A stretch of DNA of 64,000 nucleotides from Octopus vulgaris (lineage: Eukaryota), in assembly GCA_951406725.2 (NCBI GenBank), contig OX597820.1:49352001-49416000 (forward strand), in the 5' to 3' direction. The notes below the pieces were generated by a model. The model was not told where the DNA came from. It did not search any database and saw nothing but the letters and a program-made list of their open reading frames with translations. Shown here in pieces: positions 55,914 through 64,000 of the stretch; within the stretch, counting starts at the first letter, position 1; each line of letters starts with the position of its first letter. The position numbers and the translations under genes were made by a program.

Positions 55914-56927
55914 CATACATAACTACATATACATAACCAAAATAGGTAATGAAAAATGCTTCAGAGTAGCAAGTGACATGTATTCGAAAAACTAAAAGTT
56001 AAGTGGTATGAAATAGATGCGCTGGCGTGTATTTTCTCTGATTCCTAATATACAATTGGAAACTGCCCATATGCTTCATGTACGACAATAAAGCCCTTGC
56101 AAGATTTGTGATGTACACTGTCCATGGTATATATAATGTACACACTGAATTTTGCAGTAAGGTGTAATATTACAGGTGTTCAACAACGTTGCACTAGGCA
56201 TTGTATAATCTCCATCAACCTATATTCAGGCTTGTTGGTTTACTATGTTATCTATTGATACGTGATAATAGTGATATCGTTCGGTATTTCACAAAAGGTG
56301 GTGGATACAAGTACAAAGAATATGGAAGCAGTGCGAAAGGAGGATAACACAGAAAGGAGGCTATGAATATAATCACCCTTGTTAATATCCAATACCAACT
56401 GTACTATATCCATGAAATTAGTGAGGCTGGGGCCAACGGGCTAAATGTCAACAGTGAACTACCATATCTCATGGTACTTAAGGTTGTTTCAGATCCGGCA
56501 ATTTCGTCATGCTAGATGTTTCCGGTGCGTGCAGCAAATATGTAACTCATTACGTTTATTGAAAAGGTTTCTATTATTGGCAAACACAGGCTCCATCCCT
56601 TTTTTTAATACATTGTCAGCAAAGAGTTAGTGCTTGGGTATCACAACTTCGAATATGTTAAACCATAGTTAGTCTTATTACAGCTAAATTATGGATAAAC
56701 TATGCAAGGGAAGTCGAAAACTTTAGTCTGGGGTTAGAGAAAAATACTAATGCAAAGACATGCGATGTTTACTGGGTCAATATTATCGACTAGGTAATAT
56801 TTGCTTCTGTTGTGTGTCGTCAACCCAAATTGTTTGATAAGACATATATGTAACCAGGGTGTATATATGTATATATGTATATATGTAAATATATCTATGT
56901 GTGTATGAGTGCAAGCGTGCATGTGTT

Positions 56928-56973
<46 letters not shown>

Positions 56974-57059
56974 CATGAGGTCTCAACTGTTGCCATAGTA
57001 ACGAAACTAGAGCACGCATAGTAGAGCCACTTGGCAAACACTGGCCTTGAACTCTTCTG

Positions 57060-57575
57060 TGCATGCGCACTAAGTTTCAACGTATTAGCTCACTTCCGCT
57101 GCTTATAGCAGCACTTGGAAGGAATGTGTGTTGTGTGTGACTATCGCATTAACAATGACAGAGAAAGTTGTCATGGTGATACCTGCTCAGAGGCCTATGC
57201 AATGTTGCAGAAAGTGTATGGAGAGGAGTGTATGAGCCACACACAAGTGTACGAGTGTTTCAGTCGTTTCCAAAATAGCCGAAAAATGTCGATATTGACA
57301 AAAGTTCTGGGAGACCTGCAACCAGTAGGGCTAAGAAAAACATCGCAGATGTGCGTGCAGCTGTTAGGGAAATTCGTCGAATCACCATTCATGAGCTATC
57401 AGTACAAATTAGTTACGGTTCAGTTCAGTCCAATATCACTGAAGATTACGATATGAGACTCGTGTCTACAAAATTTGTGCCAATACTGCTTTCAACTGAC
57501 CAAGAGTACACTCGGGTTTAGTTGCACAAGATCTCCTTGATTGTGTCGAGAACGATGAAAACTTTTTGAGAAATC
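57060..57575 (+). pseudogene. Mariner transposase relic (HTH domains and WVPHEL-type linker)
   Basis: GDTCSEAYAMLQKVYGEECMSHTQVYECFSRFQ / SGRPATSR...IRRITIHELS..ISYGSVQSNITED..MRLVSTKFVPILLSTDQ...NDENFL; frameshifted, and the catalytic domain is absent. Confidence 0.85.
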
Positions 57576-57717
57576 TGGGTAGGTATCTGGGCAGGCATCA
57601 CCAAGCTTTTGGCGAAATTTAAATCAAAATAATCACCTTATTTTGAAATTGTATGGATAATAACGTACTCAATTCTGGTGCCTCTACTTAAGTATCATAA
57701 TCATCTGAATCTATATA

Positions 57718-57851
<134 letters not shown>

Positions 57852-59125
57852 TATATCCCAAATCAAGAGCATTGTCTCTAGCCGTTCACAAACCGCAATA
57901 CTATCACCAGCAGTATTCCCATCATGACAATCACCGCTAATTCCACAATCGCCACAACCACCACCGCCACCGCCACGGCCGCTGCTGTTACCACCACCAC
58001 CACCACCACCGACAACAACAGCAACAGCAACAACAACAACAATACCAAGTCACCGCCATCAGTAGCATTATCGTCAACAACTGCCTACTTCCAACCATCT
58101 CCGTCTCCTTTCCAATAAATTCTTGTTTCAGATGGTATTTCCATTTCACCACATAGTACATTCCGTTGTAAATTGGCGTGAGGTTCCTTCTGCGTTCCAT
58201 TGCTACACAACACCATCTCCCACAACCATTCACACAAACACACGCGAACACACACACACGCACGCACGCACGCACGCACGCACACATATTCTCAGCACAT
58301 TTCACCCCACCCTCCCGACCCCGATTCATCTTGTGCACCACCAACACCACCACCATCACACTCACCATCACCACCACCACACTCACCATCACCACCACAA
58401 TCACCACCATCACCACCAATACCAACATCGTTCCCATCCCCGCTCCCTTAGTATCTGAGACCAGATTTTTCTCGCAATACAATCAATCCCCTATGCCAAA
58501 TATACTCGAATTCCCAAACAGACTCTGAATCTAAACCGTCTTACAATGTCGCCAACCCCACTTCTCCCCGAGACCCCCAAAACTACCCGATCCCCACTCC
58601 ATAAGTTCAGCCACCCAAATTACACACCCATTTTAATTAAAGCAGCCTCTCATACCACAACCCAAACTCCTTTCTCATTAATCAATGCCTTTAACATCAA
58701 TAGTACTCACACATTTCATATCCTCCTACCCCTTTCTACCATCCAGTTTCTTCCTCCCACTCCTACTCACTTTTAAACACACACACACACGTAAGCACAT
58801 GGACGCATACACTGACACACAGGGACACAGAAATGAATATGTGTAACTAAACATCCACAAATACAAACGTGGACACATGCTTATATTATCGCATACATGA
58901 ACGCGCTCATGGACATCAGGATTCTATTACATATATACGCACACTTACATACAGACACAGACACACACACACGCCTACATACACACACATATATATATAT
59001 GTGTATCCATGTATGTTTGTGAGTGTGGGTTTGTATGTATATGCATACATGTATATTAGCGTACGTATATGCCTGCATCTGTAAATGCGCAGATACACAC
59101 CCATATACATACACATATTGAAGCA

Positions 59126-59281
<156 letters not shown>

Positions 59282-59683
59282 TTGCACACACACACACATA
59301 TATATATATATGTGGGTCTCTGTGTGTGCAACATACACACATATATGTGTGTGTGTGATGATGGGAGCAGTGTTAAGTACGCAAGTATCATACCTAAACT
59401 TATTTGAACGTATATAACTCCAGAGCGACACGTACACAAACACATGTTCACACTCACACACACACACATAAACATACACATCCGCACACACACATATACA
59501 CACACTTCTATTGTATAGCACAAGAAATACGTCTTTGACTGTTCAACAATGTTCAGAATTTTTACAAAAATTTTTCATGGGTATCTATTATTGATTATTT
59601 TTTTTCTTAAGTTGGTATTCTGGTATTTTTCTGTAATTAATATTCCTGTTGCTGTTGTTATTGTTATTGTGTTTTTGTTATTG

Positions 59684-59838
59684 CTTCTTCTTCTTCTTCT
59701 TCTTCTTCTTCTTCTTCTTCTTCTTCTTCTTTTTCTTTTTCTTTTTCTTTTTCTTTTTCTTTTTCTTCTTCTTCTTCTTCTTCTTCTTCTTCTTCTTCTT
59801 CTTCTTCTTCTTCTTCTTCTTCTTCTTCTTCTTCTTCT
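59684..59838 (+). repeat. (CTT)n/(CTTTTT)n homopyrimidine tract
   Basis: Direct reading. Confidence 0.95.
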
Positions 59839-60775
59839 CGTATTATTATGTTGTTTTTATCGTTATTATTGGAACAATCGGGAAAACTGACAAAATGTGC
59901 TCAAATATTTAGAAATGAACCTACAGGACCAAATTTCAAACCCTACCGGTTTCCACTTTCTGTTTTGCCTGTGGTCGATATATTCGCGTATACTACATAA
60001 TCGGCTGTATTATGCATCAATATATTCCCTCACGCACACTTGTACATTATATACACATATCACATACATACATATATACATGCAAAATGCACAAATGCGT
60101 ACACATACATACAGACATATATACATACATATAGGAAAACTGCATAATGGGAAGGCATTTGGAAGATATCTAAGCTGGGTATTGGTAAAGTGACTAGCAT
60201 TTTACAGAAAATCACTAATATGTATATTATAAAGTACTATGGAAGGTAAGATTTATATAGCAAATTTTATTGCTATATACGACAGACAAATCTTTTAGCC
60301 AAGAATAAAACCAGTGAGTTGGCAGAAAACTATTGGTCCATTGCTTACCAAAACATTATGTACAAGCTGTACACAAGCTGCCTCAATCAATGCCTCCATG
60401 ATCGTTGCTATGAGTCCAACAACATAGTGACTGCTGAGCAGGGAAGAGGTAAAAAGGGAGTGTGGGGATAGGCCGAACAAATTTTGATAAGCAAAGCTGT
60501 ACAGTCTGAAATAAAAAAAAAATAATCACCGTAGGAGGCTTGCGCCAGTATGGCTTGAGTATAGGAAAACCTTCGACCTTATTACCTATTCATGGTTGTT
60601 GTAGTGCCTATATTTGACAAAGTGCCTGCTACATTAATTACTGTCGTTGAGAGGCTCACAAAGACTTGGGTAACAATTCTTACGCTTCGAATTGATATCA
60701 GAAAAGGGAATATTCCAAGGAGATATTCTATCTGTAACTCTGTTCATTTTGGTATTAAATCCATTATCATCCCAA

Positions 60776-61186
60776 GGCGCAGGAATGGCTGTGTGGTAAG
60801 TAGCTTGCTTACCAGCCACATGGTTCCGTATTCAGTCACATTGCGTGGCACCTTGAGCAAATGCCTTCTACTATAGCCTCGGGCCGACCAAAGCCTTGTG
60901 AGTGGATTTGGTAGACGGAAACTGAAAGAAGCCTGTCGTATACATGTGTGTGTGTGTGTGTGTTTATGTGTTTGTGCGTGTGTGTGTGTGTGTGTGTGTC
61001 CAACAACACTTGACAACCGATGCTGGTGCGTTTACGTCCCCAAAACTTAGCGGTTCGGTTAAAGAGCCCGATAGATTAAGTACTAGGCTTACAAAGAATA
61101 AGTCCTGAGGTCGAATTGTTCGACTAACTGTGGTGCTCTAGCATGGCCGCAGCCAAATGACTGAAACAAGTAAAAGAATAAAAGAA
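60776..61186 (+). mobile_element. Full-length tRNA-derived SINE, family B, with internal (TG)n
   Basis: Head 'ggcgcaggaatggctgtgtggtaag', body 'ccttgagcaaatgccttctactatagcctcgggccgacc', tail 'atgactgaaacaagtaaaagaataaaag'; many homologous copies in this window. Confidence 0.9.
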
Positions 61187-61193
61187 TTCCTGT

Positions 61194-61631
61194 GACAAAA
61201 ATCAAGTGGCTACATTCTAAGTCTCCTACTGCTACAGATATTATTGTAACCTATAATTTCAATGTGGATGACCTCAAAATGTATTAAATATTCCACAATG
61301 AATTTACAGTACTAGTGCTGATTCCAACATCATATATAGTTGACAGGTCTATGGAGGAAATCCACTCCATAGACAAAAAACCCGTAAGATACTAACATGA
61401 GATGGAAATCTCGACAAAAATCAAGTGGCTACATTCTAAGTCTCCTACTGCTACAGATATTATTGTAACCTATAATTTCAACGTGGATGATCTCAAAATG
61501 TATTAAATATACCACAATGCATTTACAGTACTAGTGCTGATTCCAACATCATATATAGTTGACAGGTCTATAGAGGAAATCCACTCCATAGACAAAAAAC
61601 CCGTAAGATACTAGCATGAGATGGAAAGCTC
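61194..61631 (+). repeat. 219-bp tandem duplication (2 copies)
   Basis: Units 61194-61412 and 61413-61631 differ at about 7 positions by my count. Confidence 0.95.
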
Positions 61632-62659
61632 CACAAAAATAGTGATATCGACAAGCTCTACTTAAGAAGAAATGAAGGAGGTAGAGAATTGAGAGTAGTG
61701 CAAGGAATCTTCAAATGTCGTTATAGCCTCTGTCAGACAGAATTCCTAAACAGCAAAAGCATTAAACACATTAACTTAGTGCTTAAAAGCGAAGAGAACA
61801 ATATCCTACATGTGGGTAGCGAGCTCCTCAGGAGGTACTCTTTTCCTGTTGACACACTCCATACCCCAAACCAGCTAGGCTAATATACTTCAAAGAAGAC
61901 CTGGATGTAAAACAGTCACAATACCAAAAAAAAAAAGACTATACATGGGTATGTTTCTTGAATACTTGAAGAAGTCACTAATATCGACAAAGAGTGCAGC
62001 CTCACTGTTAGATTCGTAACCGTTACATCACACTTTGAAGGCTATGCATTTCCAAGAACAGGAGATTGCTACAAAATACCTAAAAAACAAAAGAAACAGT
62101 GACGACCATGCGGCTCCAAGGTGCAACCGAAAATGTAGGTAATGACATATTCCTTTGGAATGCACCACATGTGACTAGCAGCTGCCCAAAAATACCACCA
62201 AAAATGCCACCTTCTTATGTAGCATGACGTTGTAAAAACAATATACAATGCCACCCAGAAAACAGACTGTCCTGGAATACATATAGAGAATGCCACTTCT
62301 AATGAATACGTACCCAAATATCAACACAATTAATACTGGTTGAACATTCCCTTTAAAACATCTGTCAAGCGTAAACATAACTGGCTGGGTATTGTTGTTT
62401 GGGACAGACAATGAAATGCATGAACCTCATAGAGGTCAGTTGTCCTACTAATGTGAATATCTCTTAGGAAATCAAAGAAAAAGAAGTTAACTATGGACAA
62501 CCACTATCTGTATTCAGATAATAATTGATACACTTAGTTTTTAAGCTAGAGTTTTCGGGAAAAAAAACATAAACCGACCAAATCGCACATTACAAATACA
62601 ATGTGTGACATTCTTTTTGTTATCAGCATTCGAATCCATGGAGCCTTGTATTTTTGATA

Positions 62660-62862
62660 CAAAGGAAGGATCTAAATAATTACAGACAGAAGAGAAAATT
62701 TGTTCCAGTTCTTTACGGTCTGATTTCCAATCTCGCTAACATCAACGTAGCTATTCATCACTCAAGAGTTGATAAAATTATGTTCTCTCAAATACATAGA
62801 TCAATGTATCGACCAATACGCGCCCCTAAAATTGCGGTCTCTTTCCAAAATTTAAAACATTT
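62660..62862 (+). mobile_element. Decayed SINE family A nested in the Dong relic
   Basis: 'gttctttacggtctga...ttcatcactcaagagttgataaaa...tcaatgtatcgacc...aaaattgcggtc..ccaaaatttaaaac'. Confidence 0.5.
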
Positions 62863-63139
62863 ATAGTATTTTTTTAAAGTTCTTCTTGAATATTTTGTTG
62901 TGTGCAACAACAGAAAGCTCCGTGGGCTTTCCCTGCAATATGTTGTCTTAATCTTGCATTTTCTACTCTATTAACCGTACTCTACGTAAAATATATGCAA
63001 TGTTTAACGTTGCTATTTCTGTTGAGTTGAGTACATTAGTAAATACTAAGTATCTCGCGTTTAAATGCTAAATATATTTATATGACCACCAACAGTGTTT
63101 GCATTGAAGTCCAGTCTCAATGTTACAGAGATGGGAAAC

Positions 63140-63830
63140 AATTCTAATGTATAAAATGTTGAAGAAAGTAAGTGAGAACTTAATCCGAGCAGAAGAGTAA
63201 TGAGAAATTTTTCAATCAAGAATATTGAGAAACAAGTTTATTAGGCTGCTTGTAGAATGTTAGATGAAAGAGATAAAAAAAGCTGTGTATGTAGTCTCTG
63301 TGTGAAAGATGTTTGATTAAAAGTTCATAAGAATTGCAGACATGACAGCGTTGTTACAATCTTACATTGGCGATTTGGTAGAAGTTTAAGTAATGAATAT
63401 AAAGTGCGGAAAAGTGTTCTAGAGCAGAATATGTTATTGAACACGACCATAGAAATGTACAATAGAATATGAAGATACAAGATGAGTGGCAAATGGAGCA
63501 TTTATGCCCAGACTTAGTTATATCTAATAAAAAGAAGTGTGTCGCTTAAATGCTGTTGAATGCCTTTTTGATATTAGAGTGATAGGACTTGAGAAAATAA
63601 AACACGAGAAATTTTTAAAATACCAGGACATAAAACACGAAATTACAAGTATCTGAAAGTGCCACGAAGTTGTTATTTCAGATGTAATAGCACCCTTAGG
63701 AGCAGCGACAGGAAGTTTAAATGGATGCTTAAAACGTTGGATAAGGAGGTGAATTTCCTGACTTGTTTGTATGGTACAGCATGTGCTAGAGACCTAAGGC
63801 TATGGGATGCAGCCTTATAAATAGCAATCC
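63140..63830 (+). mobile_element. Second, older R4/Dong relic (zinc knuckle and RLE)
   Basis: LKKVSENLI, CRM, RHDSVVTILHW, EHLCPDLVI, CLFDIRV, EKFLKYQDIKHEI, VIAPLGA; followed by AAT/GAT repeats to the window end. Confidence 0.65.
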
Positions 63831-63969
63831 AATAGCGGTACTGCAGTAACAATAACCTGCATGAAAAGTACAGCATAATAATAAATAATAGCAGTAATAA
63901 TAAGGATGATGTTGATGATAATGATGATGATGATAATGACGACGACGACGATAATGATCATTATACTGA

Positions 63970-64000
<31 letters not shown>

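Larger units (their letters stand above)
60283..62950 (+). mobile_element. Decayed R4/Dong-clade retroposon: RT, thumb, zinc knuckle and RLE, interrupted by two SINEs and a tandem duplication
   Basis: Peptides in order: ENYWSIAYQNIMYKLYTSCLN, EQGRGKKGVWG, WLEYRKTFD, GIFQGDILSVTLFILVLNPLS, VDDLKMY, HKNSDIDKLYLRRNEGGR, SHFEGYAF/QEQEIATKYL, SCPK...HDVV, IEVSCPTNVNI..IKEKE; multiple stops and frameshifts. Confidence 0.85.

Overview
AT-rich, microsatellite-saturated eukaryotic DNA. It is most consistent with an intergenic or intronic region of a coleoid cephalopod (Octopus-like); this is inferred from the repeat landscape, not from a database hit. I cannot support any intact host protein-coding gene, and nearly all ORFs in the track are simple-repeat artefacts. 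The recognisable content is mobile-element debris: three tRNA-derived SINE families, L1/Tx1-type LINE 3' ends (one young copy with an uninterrupted zinc-knuckle ORF, inserted in a (TCTA)n array), R4/Dong and HERO restriction-like-endonuclease retroposon relics, an RTE-like non-coding element, mariner relics and MITEs, Helitron 3' ends and Penelope-like terminal segments. The most notable signals are RNA-structural. (1) An apparently intact type I hammerhead ribozyme with a very long stem II at 37737-37853 (-). (2) An inverted pair of hammerhead-bearing repeats flanking a tRNA-like segment at about 2063-2525. (3) A third, decayed hammerhead family at about 9457-9517. (4) A ~380-bp near-perfect palindrome at 53592-53969. 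Coordinates were read by eye and element boundaries are approximate.
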